The position numbers and the translations under genes are program-made. From Eledone cirrhosa (Eukaryota), in NCBI GenBank assembly GCA_964016885.1, contig OZ024747.1, positions 76,446,001 through 76,510,000 on the forward strand: a DNA stretch of 64,000 nt, in the 5' to 3' direction. This document shows positions 24,591-39,335 of this stretch, in pieces (positions within the stretch are counted from its first letter, which is position 1; each line of letters begins with the position of its first letter). The notes under the pieces are model-generated. The model saw only the letters and a list, made by a program, of their open reading frames with translations. It did no database searches and had not been told where the DNA came from.

Positions 24591-26040
24591 CATTGCTTCA
24601 AAAGTAACAACAAACAAAACCAAATATTAATGCTAATATATAGCTTAGCATCTGTAAGATAATCTCCTTAAATGTTATCTAATCTAGATATCGACAAGTG
24701 ATAACTTGTGATAAACTGTTTCCATGCCCTGTTGTATAATGAAGTACTCTATATTTTCTGGATGATTTGTTAGCTCGAAGTCCTGAGTGTAAAGCCTAAT
24801 ATAATTTTATAGAATCTTTAGAGAAATGGTTCATATGACAACCCCATTACGAAAGGGTTTGTGGAATGTATATACAAACCCAATTCTACTTTTAACGATA
24901 TTTTGAAAACTCCGATCCCCTTACATGAGTTAATATTTTAAAACACTCTACTTATATTCATGACATGTACCATGTTCCTTTTATCAGATTCTGAGCTTTA
25001 CGTATCTGATACAGACCACATATCGATACATCGATTTAAAACATAGTGATCTCACATACTACAATATAATATCAATTTTAATTTCATTGACACTGAGAGA
25101 AATGCTAAACTTAGTGTCCATTAAGTTGTGGACATTTAAATTATGAATATATCCGTATATATTAACATATATATTATCATATATATTATCATATATATTA
25201 TCATATATATTATAGGTTATTCTATTCATTAGTACGGCATCAAAGTGTAGATGATGGGATCTGAGTCAGTATATTACTGGTACTTATTATATTGAGCCGA
25301 GAATGTTGAACGGTGTAGTCAACACTGACTTTAAAAATAGTTAGTAAATACTGAATGTCAGTTTGGGTTACGTTGTACATTTGCGAAGGCAATGTAAGGA
25401 TATGTTTCAGAATCATAAAATTGAACGTTTAGGTTTGGATATTCGCAACAGCTGTAGAGTTAACAGTTGGTGTTTCCCGTGAACACGAGTGAAAAATGAA
25501 CTTTTGTCAATCTAATTCTTTTTTGCAATAGCGTTGATGAAAGATTAAACAAAATAAAAGTGGAGGACTGGTGAAGTGAAGGATGTACGAGATACATTAG
25601 GAAGAGCATGTTACTTTATACCAAGTGAAGATATAAAAACCAAACTATAGAGCTCGACTGAACGATAAAGTTTTTAATGTTTAATGTTGATCTTTACGAT
25701 CGTCATATATTCTATATTATACTGAGCTGATTTATTGTGCTTCAAACAATAACACCATGTAGCTAATGAGGAAACTGTGCCAGCGCATAATAAAATATAT
25801 CAATAAAGCACTTCTGTTATTCAATATTTATTGATTATGGAGAGAAAGATTACAAATTTTCAGATATTGTATATATTGTATAGCTACTGAAGTAAATGAA
25901 ATGATACAAATTTATAGCAGTTCAACATCAGAACAAGACAGACACACTGATTGATAAGTATATATATACATATATGTACATTTATATATATATATATACA
26001 CACACACATATATATATATATATGTATATATATATATGTA

Positions 26041-26129
<89 letters not shown>

Positions 26130-27254
26130 TTGACTGAGATAGATAAAAAACATGTTAGTGACAAAGAGTAAATATATTTATGTAGATTTACATCCTAGAC
26201 ACTTTAAATATTATAAGAAACTTCATTCAATAACTCTTTCAACTAGGAATGTTTTTTGTTATTGTTTTTACTTTTACATTTATGTTTATACCATTAGTTT
26301 TGGTTTTTTGTATATTTTTATATTTCACGCTGTTTTTTTCGGGGGGGGGGGGGAGTTCATTATGATTTATATATCTTCTATAGTATTTATTGCATGTCTT
26401 TTTCAATTTTATTCACGTTAAAATTTCATTAAAAAAAGTTCAACACTTAAGGGACTTCCAAACCTGAGTATTTTTGAAACAGAATAGCGATTATGATGCC
26501 AAAGAGGAATCTACCAATTACTAGAGTTTCTGCTCAGACTCCTGAGTAATAAAATAGTTTAGTGACTGTTCCCTATAGAATACAAAACTGGTACAATTAA
26601 TTTTGCATTTGTTATTTACTAATTACCACTGCAGTATTTTAAAAGAAAGAACTACCAAAACTCCATATACCAAAACTGTGTATATGTATAAACAAAGTTA
26701 GAATTTCCTACCTGCTAACTCTTTACAGTCAGTTCCTTGGGATTCAAAATATTGATTGTATGAAGTTTAAGAAACTAGTTTTTTTCTCTTGTTGTATATA
26801 ATGTTAACATTATTTTTTTTTTCATTTTGTTTTCTTAAAATCGTTAATACAATTTTAAATTTTATTTTCACTATGTTACGATTCTTCATTGTTATACTAT
26901 TCTGCTTGTAATACAATGAATGCACTTATGCTGTTTATATCCTGGTGCCTCAAAACATGACGTGATCTCATTTACTCCTCAACAAGAAAGTCTCCCAGGT
27001 TTTTTAACATTAGTTTAAAACCATATGATCAATAACTACATCTGATTAAAAAAGAAAAAAAATGAAAAATTGCATTTAGCGCCGTAAGGCATTCGGAAGA
27101 AGTTTAGAGGAAATCAATCAAACTGTTCTCTCAGAGTTCCTGGAACATATATACGAGTCGTTAATATAATCAAATGCCTTTTAAAAGCATTTGGTTTATA
27201 GGAAACATATGTACATGGAAATGACGCAGAACTCCCACGTACATACTTACAAAC

Positions 27255-27623
27255 GTGCATACGTACATACATATATACATACATACGTACATATATAAAT
27301 ACGTACATACATACGTACATACATACGTACATCATACGTACATACATACGTACATACATACGTACGTACATACATACATACGTACGTACATACATATATC
27401 ATACGTACATACATACGCACATACACATATCATACGTACACACATACGTACATACATACGTACATACATACGTACATACATACGTACATACATACATACA
27501 TACATACATACATACATACATACATACATACATACACACATACATATATCATACGTACACACATACGTACATACATACATACATACATACATACATACAT
27601 ACATACATACATACATACATACA

Positions 27624-27655
<32 letters not shown>
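27255..27655. repeat. (TACA)n/(TACG) tetranucleotide repeat
   Basis: Directly visible. Confidence 0.95.
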
Positions 27656-27656
<1 letters not shown>

Positions 27657-28798
27657 CATTATTTCTGTTTCATCAGATATATGCTTCTAATTGTCTCTTT
27701 GATGTATGATGCAACAGAAAATGCGACCACTCTGCTTTACGAAGGATTTCTAATAAGCTGGTTTCTATCTCTATAAATCCTACTATTTTCCGTGTTTATA
27801 ATGTTATTTATATTTAATTCCAGATACACTTAAAAGATAACCGAGCCAAGTATACATGGTACTTAAGAAGTACTTTCTCTTGTAATACATTCATTCAGCC
27901 TTTTAATATCGCTCTTGTGTTCACATTATTCGCTTTAACGCGTTGCATTTGCTATAAAGACCATAATATCAGTTCTATAAAGAGATTATCTTCGTTTTAC
28001 TATACATATTCATTTTCACTATAGATGTTTCTTAGAAGCATGATGCATTGATTCCTTAGTGGGGAGTATTTCTGCACGGTTTTATAAAGGCTCTGGGAGA
28101 TAGTACTGCTATACAAAATCATTTATTCTATCTCGTAGAATGTTAAGCTAAGTGCACGGAAATGATTATCGGAGAATCTAGAGTGTTTACTATATCTTGT
28201 TTCTTATTTTCCTGTAGGTTGTTTGCTACAAAAAATAAAGAGTAGTACTGTAATTGATGAGAGAGCATAAAAGTGGTTGATTGACCTACTACAAATAGCA
28301 CTCAAATCTCCTAACTTAATATCTTAAATAATATGATTCATTGAAAAATATATTCCCAGACTTTCCATTATATCTGCTCGATAAAATTTGACTTTGGACC
28401 AATAGTAATTACAACAGTAACATTATAGAGCAATTTGAAAAATGACGAAAAGATCCTTTTTGTAATTTGCTTGAATAATAATTTGAATGAGGAAAACATG
28501 TTTCGGAAGTGATGGGCCAGGTTAGATAATACCTCATACTTCAGTATTATTTTCTTACTATCCGTACAATCATGTTCAGGAATATATATGAGCAAGGAAA
28601 ATATTTTGAGCTCCTGCTTTTCCCCAGTTTAGTTTTAGAGGAGCTCATCTTATGGTTATAAAAAAGAATTATTGTTATTCTATTGCTATTGAAGAGGGGG
28701 GGGGGGCACTTTTTGATTCTATATAAAAAAAAGTACACATTGTGCACTTACAACATACTGAGTTGATGTTTAATACTAATTGTCTCACATTATTAATT

Positions 28799-29786
28799 GA
28801 GGTTAACATTGCCTTTCATCCTTACGGGGTCAATAAAATAAAGTACCAGTAATGCACTGGGTAATTGCTGGCCTTGTGCCAAAAGTAGAAACAATTATTA
28901 ATTGACGCATAGAGGTACGGCCCTTGCCATTCTGAGTTCAAATCCCGCCGAGGTTAACTTTGCCTTTCATCCTTACGGGGTCGATCAAATAAAGTACCAG
29001 TAATACACTGGGTAATTGCTGGCCTTGTGCCTAACGTAGAAACAATTATTAATTGAGTAATAATTGTTTCTACTTTAGGCACAAGGCCAGCAAATACCCA
29101 GTGTATTACTGGTACTTTATTTTATCAACCCCGTAAGGATGAAAGGCAAAGTTAACCTCGGCGGGATTAATTGAGTAATAATTGTTTCTATATTTGGCAC
29201 AAGGCCATCAATTACCCAGTGCATTACTGGTACTTTATTTTATCGACCCCGTAAGGATGAAAGGCAAAGTTAACCTCGGTGGGATTTGAACTCAGACCGC
29301 AAAGGGACGTAACTATGCTGGAAAGCATGGCGTCCGACCCGTAATAATGGCGCTGGATTAGCAGTATCGGTAGAGGATCGGACGCCATGCTTTGAAGCAT
29401 AGAGTTACGTCCCTTTATGATCTGAGTTCAAATCCCGCCGAGGTTAACTTTGCCTTTCATCCTTACGGGGGTCGACAAAATATATACCAGTAATGTACTG
29501 GTAAATTGCTGGCCTTGTACCAAAAGTAGAAACAATTATTAATTGAGTAATAATTGTTAGAAACAATTATTAATTGAATAATAATTGAGTAAGGGCAGTG
29601 AATTGGCAGTATCGGTAGAGAGTTGGACACCATGCTTTGCAGCAATGAGTTACGGCCCTTTAAGGTCTGAGTTCAAATCTCGCCGAGGTTAACTTTGCCT
29701 TTTATCCTTACGGGGTCGATAAAATAAAGTACCAGTAATGCACTGGGTATTTGCTGGCCTTGTGCCTAAAGTAGAAACAATTATTA
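28799..29786. mobile_element. cluster of six SINE-A copies in mixed orientation
   Basis: Copies at ~28799-28899(+), 28905-29050(+), 29059-29168(-), 29177-29340(-), 29349-29540(+) and 29592-29786(+), mostly separated by AATTGA(GT). Confidence 0.92.
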
Positions 29787-31407
29787 ATTGAGTAATTAAT
29801 TTTTTTTTTTTGTGGCAATTTTCACTTTATCATCTTTCATGTTTTCCCCTGATTGCAATTTTTCCTCTTAAGCTATATTGAGCTATCCATATTCTGGCAA
29901 ATGTCTTTACAAATATCCGCAGTCTCCTATGGTGACTAATGAGGTGTGTAGACCTTCTTGTCGCATTTATTGATAATATTGTCGTAAAAAGAAATATAAC
30001 TGGCTTGGCCTGAAGCGAATGGTTAACATATCATGATATATAATTCAATATTCTCCCCTCATGTAAATGAAGAAGCACAGGATTTATATCAAAGAACAAT
30101 ATACACCGTCTATTATGACCTTGGAATTATTTACCGAGAGCGCACAACAGATCTGTGGAAGGCCAAGTTTCATATGCAAGTTTAGTTTCCTTACACGTCG
30201 TAGTAGACGATTTACAGTAGAAGACAATGCTATGGTGGATGGCATGCTCTTCCTGAAAGACTGGACACAGTGGATTGAACTAGGTTAACATGTGTCAAAA
30301 TATTAAATCACAAAAGACCTTTCATTCTTCATATTTTCCCCTATTCTCCTAATGTACGAGGAGGGATTTCTATACATTTCCACTTCAATCTATATAATAT
30401 GAAGAAATCTGTCAGTTTAAAATCTCCAACTTACTATTCTTAATGTGTATGTTGAAAAGTGGATTAATTATTCTATTCTTTTTGCTTTCTGACCTGAGTA
30501 AATAAACAGCTCCTCGATATGAATGTACTGTAGTTATTTTCTTTAGATGCAGCCGATTTCCATAACCTTTTAGAGGTTAGTGGCCAGTTATTTTGTCAAA
30601 TGGAACGCATTACACAAGGACGACATTTTAAAATGCACTATTTGATGGGTTAATCATTCATTGGGCATGTAGAAGTAGCTTGCTAAGTACATAATTGAAT
30701 ATCGGGAAGAAATATGGAATAACGTATGATTAGAAGTAGTAAAGAATTACTGAGAATTGTCATAAAATTAGACATATATGTACATTTGCGGACATAACAG
30801 AACAACACACATAAACTCCCTGCACATACACTTACACACTAAGACACATGAATGTACAGATCTACCAAAAAATACACGAATTCGAACATAACGGTAGTAC
30901 TCCGATATTGACATTAAATATTTCTTGTCGAATTACGATAAACATTGTTTTTAATGTTTTTAATTTTTCAGCTGTTTTAAAAAGCTATATACTTTAAAAT
31001 ATGATGTTCTGTAATCTATCAGTAAATAGTTGAAAGAGCAACAGTAAGAATATTTTCATTAACACCTACATTGAAATTTTCTCCAATTTCCTATTAGAAT
31101 AAATGATTTTAGATAGTTATATTATCGTGTATATCCAAGCAAATATACATATATATATACACACAAACAAACACACACACACATATGTGTGTGTGTGGTT
31201 ATATGGTTATAAGTGATATTGTGTTGTTCTAGCCAGTTATTTATTCTATATGCTCTTTTTATATAAGATACCTTTTCGCTGTATCAATAACTATAGCTAT
31301 GTGTGTTCCCTCTACACGGGAAATTCTAGCGCTGTAAGCAGGGAGGGGGGTATCGGGTGGCGAATCGAGGTACAGGAGAAATTCTCTTTGTATACAGATA
31401 CTCACTT

Positions 31408-31537
<130 letters not shown>

Positions 31538-32171
31538 ATGTTATATGAAGGAAAGAGAGATAGGTAGTAAAAACTATTTTCGGAAAGCAATTGCAATGCC
31601 AATTAGAATTAAAGGAGTGAAAACCGGAATCAAGTAAGAAACAAGAAACTATGTTTACACTTTTTAAAGGATAGAAATTGAGTGTTGATAGATTGGTTCC
31701 TTTGTACATATATGACCGGTAGTGAATCAACGTCAGCAAATTCACATCATCTCTCAATAGAATTATTTAAACCACAGAGGAGGATTGTTTCTTTGATTCT
31801 TAAGTTTACGCTTTATAAGTTGGTGGATTCTCTTTTAACTTTTATATCTTGGATGTGGCATTTCTGAGGATGCTTTCTTGTAATGTATTCATTTATGTCA
31901 GTTTGGATGAATTCTAACATATACTTGTATAGTTGCATTGATGATAATGAACAATTCAATTTTTAACAAAACATTGTGTATGAAAATGCTTGTAGAAGAT
32001 ATATTTCTCTAGTTACTTGAATGATAAAAGCAAAGGATTAAAGGCAACTTATGCTCTATTCAATATATATTCTGATTAAACATAAATTTCTGGAGAAAGC
32101 AGTATAATTTGAGAGCCGATTTCTATCCACGGCAAGCTTAAATATTTTGTAGACTACAAATACAGGCAATT

Positions 32172-32311
32172 ATAAATATGCATTGATATACAAAAGATAT
32201 CTCCATAACATAGTTTGACATAAAAACAGATCTTAATAGATATTGGCTTTTATATATATATATATTAGAAAGTGAGGTTTTTTACAAAATGAAAAATAAC
32301 CGGTGTCCTAC

Positions 32312-32388
<77 letters not shown>

Positions 32389-32546
32389 TGTGTGTGCGCG
32401 TGTGTGTGTGTGTGCGCGTGTGTGTGCGCGCGTGTGTGTGCGCGCGTGTGTGTGCGCGCGTGTGTGTGTGTTATGGCGATATCTTTTGTATATCAATGCA
32501 TATTTATGTTATGGAGATATATTTTGTATATCAATGTATATTTGTA
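32172..32546. repeat. 39-bp inverted repeat (plus extra tandem copy) around a (TG)n tract
   Basis: 32172-32210 is the reverse complement of 32469-32507 with one mismatch; a second direct copy lies at 32508-32546. Confidence 0.85.
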
Positions 32547-32837
32547 TAAACATGACATGTTTCTTCAGGTAAACTGAAGAAATTATATTTTTTTTAAGCT
32601 GGGCTTTCACTTTTCATGAACACAAAACATGCTTCGAATAGCATTCTTATTCTATTCTTGCTGATTAGAATTCCGAGAGAAAAATTATTTTTTTTGTTTT
32701 ATATAATATATATCTCATGCGTTCCATTGTCGTATGTTTATTTAGATTTTAATTTCTAATGTGTGTCTTTGACTTGCTATTTGCCTTTCATATCTCGTAA
32801 ATAGAAGTCGTTTTTTAAATTAATTTGCAGCTAGTTA

Positions 32838-32932
32838 AGGCCGGTGGATTGGCAGTATCAGTAGAGCGCCAGACAACATGCGTTACGGCATAAAAACTAC
32901 TACTCTTTACGTACCGAGATCAAATCCCGTCA
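32838..32932 (+). mobile_element. degenerate SINE-A head
   Basis: GGTGGATTGGCAGTATCAGTAGAG...GAGATCAAATCCCG. Confidence 0.6.
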
Positions 32933-33611
32933 GATACAGTTTTGTAGTGTGGTGTACAGTTTTGTAGTATCGTATAGTTATTTATAGTGACTGAAACTGT
33001 GTCTTAGTGATGATTTTGTCAAAATGAGAAGGACGAAAATCAAAATTGACATAGAAGGAATTCGTACTCTAAACTTCAAGAGATGTAGAAAAGTATAAAG
33101 AAATATTTTATCTACCACTGTCTATCGTGATAATGTACCACTTTCTTATATATAACAACATTAATATCCACCGATGACAAATACAAATATATATAAGGTG
33201 AACTTCATATATATATGAAGTTTACGGGCTTATATTTCTTCTACCGGATTTACTTTGTATATAGAGATATGTTTTAGATATTACAGAGTTAATAAATTAT
33301 GAAAGTTTTTGCATCAAAGGAAAATATTGACAATAATGTGTATATATTTACAAAAGCAGGTCTCTCCGTGTGTTGATGAAATAATAAATATAGATTAAAT
33401 ATTAGATTTACCATAATAGATTCGACATTTGATGTCTATGATTCATGAAGTCATAGATCATCAGCCTAACATCTGTTGTCATAGAAATTAAAGTATTCAC
33501 TTGACGAACAAATTCAGTGTCCTATACACTGGTTTATACCACCCAGTAAAAAGAAATTCAATTAATATCTGTAGTTATTAATTGTATTTGTTTGTCTTCC
33601 TGCATTTCGAG

Positions 33612-33800
33612 CCGTGGTATCGGAGTTAGTGGCGGTCGTATGGGAGTTAGTGGCCGCGGTGCCAGAGTTAGTGGCCACGCCACCGGAGTTTGTGGCCGCT
33701 GTACCGGAGCACTTGTGGCCGTGGTACCGGAGTTTGGGGCCGTAGTACCGGAGTTTGTGGTGGTGGTATCGGAGTTTGTGGCCACTGTACCGGAGCTTGT
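33612..33800. repeat. GC-rich 21-bp minisatellite (~9 copies)
   Basis: Unit approximately GTACCGGAGTTTGTGGCCGTG. Confidence 0.88.
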
Positions 33801-35381
33801 TTCCGCGCTGACTAAGGAGACGGAGAACGTGTCACATCATGTCGCTTCCCAGATGAGGGATGTACCTTCTTCGAAGCAATGTTAGATAAGCATTTTTTAA
33901 AGGTATTTGGAAGTGTTCTGTTTCTGAACAAACTGTACAGTATTTTATATTCAAGTAGTAGTGGGTCGTAAGGCAAGAATTGAAAGCTTTTTTCTTGTGT
34001 CTATTGTAGTTACTTAAATTGGGTACTTTTAAAAACCGTCAGGTATACTTTGTGTTAGTTTCTTAAGTTGTCTAGTGGCTCATTAGAACAGTCTGAATCT
34101 ATGATTTACAAAAGTGAATGTCAAAGTTAATCATATGAAAGATAAGTCTTTCTAGTGTGTGTATAAGGTAGGGAGTATGACTTTGCGGGGATTTAGAATA
34201 TGTATAATTTGGTTTAGGTTTTCTAGTTTTAAGATTCTTGGGATTTGAAAGTACTTTTACAAGTACTTTGTCCAATCTGATTAAGTAGACTTATGATCAA
34301 AACCATTGCAGCCTGGGCAATCCTGTTCTTGTACTATGTGCAGACATGAGTATCCCTGTAAATCTATTCTGACGTTGTCCATTTTTAATAAAGTAGGATG
34401 TGATTTTAAAACGATTTGGTTACTATTTCGTGCATGCGAAGAGACAAACCTGAGGCTACCTAGTTGGCTCCTGTCAAAAGTAATTGTTATATAACTGATT
34501 GTGTATATATATATATGTGTTTGTGTATGTTACCATAGTTTTGTAGTTCTACGTAGAAATTATTCTAGTTTCACTCCGAAACAATCATCGCGAGTTAGTG
34601 TCCATCCAAAACCCATGATTTCGCAAAATTTCAGAAAGGGTTTTTTTTTTCTTCATCACTCTAGTATCGGGAATATTTTAAATATATAAAATATCATCAC
34701 ATATCTTTACCTGCGTATGACCTCATGTTGCGCTTAACATATTTCTGTGTTGTTATTGTTACATTTAGTTCCGCACGAATATCGATACACACATATACAT
34801 ATATAGCCGTACAATATAAATATATACTCCCACACGATTTTATAATCATATTAATACTATATTATTCTATAAAGCTTCTCAAACTTGTCTTATATTTATA
34901 CTGCTTTACATTGATAATATCCTGGGTATATGTAATTAAAGAATGCGCTGAAATTAATTAGTAAAATGTATAGCATTCCTCCTGATTGTTAAAACTGAGG
35001 TATGCAGTGTTGGGAGCTTTACAAATATATAAATCAATTTACACAGACAACGTTCAATAAGAAATAAAATAAAATAAATGTAAAAAAAAAATAGTAACTT
35101 TCACATAAATAAACATGGAATATTTAGATAGGACTTTGATACAATACCTCTATACTTGCAATAAATATTAAAACAACAGCTTATGTCCACCTTAAAATTA
35201 GGTTTGGCATGCTTACAGGTCTTCGAACTTGTCGCATTAGTAGATGTGTGTAGGATGAGATGTTAATTGTATTGGAATAGGAAAAGGAATAATAAATTTA
35301 TACCCAGTGAATGAAAACCAGATGTTACACATAGAATATACTTTACATCTATATATTTATATATTCAGTGAATTATCGAGC

Positions 35382-35423
<42 letters not shown>

Positions 35424-35438
35424 TAATTACTGCGTTGA

Positions 35439-35601
35439 TTATCTGTAACAGTTGCGTTGTAATATCTCGTTGAAAAGTAGGTGTAAGCAGTTAAGAGCAT
35501 TCCACGTCAGTTGCATTGGATAAATACAACTGAGGTGGAGTACTCTTACCTGTTTACACCTACTTATCAACGAGATATCACAACACAACTTTTACAGATA
35601 A
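35439..35601. repeat. degenerate hairpin (~80-bp arms) between (TA)n tracts
   Basis: TTATCTGTAA...TCAGTTGCATT is imperfectly complementary to AATACAACTGA...TTACAGATAA. Confidence 0.85.
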
Positions 35602-35609
35602 ACGATTAG

Positions 35610-35651
<42 letters not shown>

Positions 35652-36100
35652 TCTTGCCCGAAGTGTTCAGACTAACCAACATTTGTGTGTGTATGAATGT
35701 ATCTAGCTATGTATGTATGTAAATATAGGGGGTTTAATTTATTCAAAGTTTATGACTTAATCATAAACTTTCCAGACCATATCAAACTGTGTCCTGATTT
35801 TATTATTGTCTCGAAGAAATATGTCTTACTGAATACCATTAATCATTACTGTACCATCGGAAATTATTAGATTCCTAGAAAATGCTAATCTAATCTAAAC
35901 CTCGGGGAACTAAAATATAAATGTAATATTAATTGATATCATTTTGATTAATATTGGTATTCTCATCTATAATTAAAATACAATAGAACTAGTATGGTAG
36001 GACCAAGTATTAAGCTTACGAAATTATTATTCTGCAAGAAATAAAAAATACTGACAAACCATATTTTTTTAAATATATAATATTAATTATGAACACAATA

Positions 36101-36248
36101 TGGCGAATTGGCAGAGTCGTTAGAAAGTTGGATAGATTGCTTTGAGGTATTCGTTCCAGTTCTCTGTTCTCTGAGTTAAAATACCGCCGAGCATAACTTT
36201 GCTTTTCGTCCTTCAATGTCGATAAAAAAGGTACCAGTCTAGTACTAA
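36101..36248 (+). mobile_element. old SINE-A-related copy
   Basis: GGCGAATTGGCAGAGTCGTTAGA head, CTGAGTTAAAATACCGCCGAG, core CTTTTCGTCCTTCAATGTCGATAAAAAAGGTACCAG. Confidence 0.72.
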
Positions 36249-36356
36249 GGACTTTTCGTTTTCTATATATCTTTCTGCCACACATGCCCACATAAACAGA
36301 TGTACACAAATATATACATATATGTGTACGTATATGGTATATTTATATGTATATTT

Positions 36357-36391
<35 letters not shown>

Positions 36392-37371
36392 CACTCACAT
36401 TTGTCGCATATATATATATATATACTGAATCTCCAACGTCAACGTAACTAGAAATTACGAATGTTGAGAGCTTTCGCCTGCTTGCTCCTGTTTTTACCAA
36501 AACAATTTCTTCTGAACACACACACACATATATATATATATTTATGTGTGTGTGTGTATGTATGTGCGTGTGAGTGTGTGTATGTGTGTTTGTGTGTGTG
36601 CATGTGTGTGTATATATATAACCTGATAAAACCTAATAAAACCTGATAAATTCAAACGCATTTACAGCAACACGTAAACATCTACGTCGTTCAGTAATGT
36701 AAACCTGAGTACACCCATGAGCAGCATTGGAAAACGCAAGAATCTCCAATAATCGAACTTTTTTTCCTTTTGAAATTCGATAGACTTTTCTGACTTAATA
36801 ACCAGCAAATTGTTTTTGTTCTGTATTTTTATGGGGGGGGGGGGGTCTGTTCGCGTACATTTGAGTGGGTGCGATGTTCTGCGTACAGATTTGTATTTCT
36901 TTTTATCTTTCCATAAATAATATTAACTTTCTTTTTTACGTGATATTCTTCATGGAACAGGGGGCAACGAATGTATAGAACGATCGATAATTATTCCATT
37001 ACCTACTCGTACGTTTTCCGTCTAGTTCATCTGTTAATTGAAGAAAGCAGCTGTGTTAATGATCTTAATCAATGTTTAGTAACGAGATATAATGTATTTG
37101 GTAAGGATATATTAGTTGATTAATATTGTTGATTCAGCGTATTAGAAATTAGTTATAGATGTTTCCCCATTCTTATTTATATTCTATATGGACATTTACT
37201 TATATGGAATGAAATTAAAAGGAAACCAACATAATTACACACAGATTACTGTAATCTTATTATACAAAGGAGCATTTAATGGCAGAAATTTGTTCGAAAT
37301 GGGTGTTGATATGATAAACTATATCATATCAACACGGTGCATGAATGTTTTTATATGTGCGGGGTGAAGTG

Positions 37372-37389
37372 TGTACACATACACAGTTA

Positions 37390-37455
<66 letters not shown>

Positions 37456-37615
37456 GAAACACATACACACACACACACATATATATATACATATGTATAA
37501 TCATACATATATATATATATATATACATATGTATATACATACATATATATATATATACATATATATATACATATATACATATATATATATACATGCATAT
37601 GTATATATATATATG

Positions 37616-37671
<56 letters not shown>

Positions 37672-37680
37672 CACACATAT
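37372..37680. repeat. (TA)n/(CA)n compound microsatellite
   Basis: Directly visible. Confidence 0.95.
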
Positions 37681-38049
37681 TTGTTACAATGCCTACTTCC
37701 TAACTGAATAAATTCAAAATGTTGTGAGAGTTTAGGTGTTTTAAGTATACCTTCAGCGAAACAAAGAGAATGTAGTTCTTTATTAAATTCTCTTCTTCGT
37801 CTGAAACCTTTCCTTCATTCCCTTATAAAGTTCTTAGTTGATTAACAGTGTTAAGTTGCGTCAAGTCTTTATCTAATATACATGTGCACTTACCATAAAA
37901 TCTTGTAAGGCTTGTATATTCAGGCATATGAATTCAGAAACCGTGTTGCCGTATGAATAAATAAATATATACTGGTGATGTGTTGGACTTCCTTCGGTCC
38001 CACCAATGAATGTTCTAGATAATTCAATCAATTGAACAAACAACTCGTG

Positions 38050-38510
38050 AAGTGGACTTGCAATTGGCTGAGCATTCCACAGACAAGTACACCCTTAACG
38101 TAAATCTTGGAGTTTCAGTGTGATGCAATATATGACAAGGCTGGCTCTTTGATATTACAGACAATTTGTCCGTTGGGTGGAGGCGACACACCACTCTGAC
38201 GTAGATGTAGATTCTGTCCCCTCTCTGCTTTCTCAAGTCTTTCGTTGCTTAACAATCCTCACCCTTTCCCTCCCTTTCCACTCTTTCGTTGCTTTCTTTT
38301 TCTTTTATTAACTACACTACTTCTATCAACACTGGACTATTTTCTTTTTGATTTTGAACGTATCGTTAATAAATACCTACCACTTTTTGCCAGCTTATTG
38401 GACTGGAACAAGGCAAAATAAAGTGACTTGCTCAAGGATAAAACATGCCACCAGGAATCAAGCTCCCAGCCTTACAATTGTGATCTGAATGCTCTAAACC
38501 TTAAACAACA
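38050..38510 (-). mobile_element. degenerate SINE-B, probably interrupted
   Basis: GGACTGGAACAAGGCAAAATAAAGTGACTTGCTCAAGG...GGAATCAAGCTC is the reverse complement of the SINE-B head/core at 52569-52700. Assigning 38050-38165 as its tail is tentative. Confidence 0.5.
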
Positions 38511-38534
38511 CACCATTACATACATGTTGGTAAT

Positions 38535-38717
38535 ATAATTGTTTCTACCATTGGCACAAGGCCAGCAATTATCCCAGTGCATTACTGGTACTTTATTTTA
38601 TCGACCTCGTAAGGATGAAAGGCAAAGTTAACCTCAGCAGGATTTGAACTCAGACCATAAAGGGGCGTAACTCTATGCTTGAAAGCACCGCCTCCGCCCC
38701 TCTACCGATACTGCTAA
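38535..38717 (-). mobile_element. SINE-A
   Basis: Near full-length reverse complement of the family consensus. Confidence 0.9.
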
Positions 38718-38792
38718 ATGGAGTCATTCTACACAGGGATCAGCCATCTTTTGGTCAGACGATACACTAGACGTTCATATTCAGTCTTTTAA

Positions 38793-39002
38793 TCCTTTAG
38801 CATTTAAACCGGTTATATTGGGCCAGAATTCTCTCGCCTCTTTCTGTTTTAACTGGTCGTAACCGGCCCGTCATACTGACGTTAAGGTATTGTTCTCAAA
38901 ATAAATAATATAAAAATCTCATAGATTCAATATTATGTGATATACAATGGTATATTATGTGATATACAATAATATATATAGAGTAATGTAAATGCTAAAG
39001 GG
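38793..39002. mobile_element. piggyBac-type MITE
   Basis: TTAA|(T)CCTTTAGCATTTA ... TAAATGCTAAAGGG|TTAA: 14-bp TIRs with TTAA target duplication. Confidence 0.85.
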
Positions 39003-39087
39003 TTAAACCGTTTTGTTTGTTTAAAGTCTAGGATCACCAGGTCACGTGACTCATCAATATAGAAACGATTCGCTCATGTAAGTTCCA

Positions 39088-39245
39088 AGGCGGTGAATTG
39101 GCAATGTCGTTAGAACGTTGGGTATAATGTTTCTGGTATTAGTTCCCGCTCCATGTACCCTCAGTTCGAAGCTCCTTGAGGTCATCTTTACGTTTCATTC
39201 TTTCGACCTCAATAACTATTGCATCTGTTGAGTACTGGTGTCAAT
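39088..39245 (+). mobile_element. old SINE-A-related copy
   Basis: AGGCGGTGAATTGGCAATGTCGTTAGA head, CTCAGTTCGAAG, eroded core. Confidence 0.6.
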
Positions 39246-39253
39246 TCCTCCAC

Positions 39254-39335
<82 letters not shown>

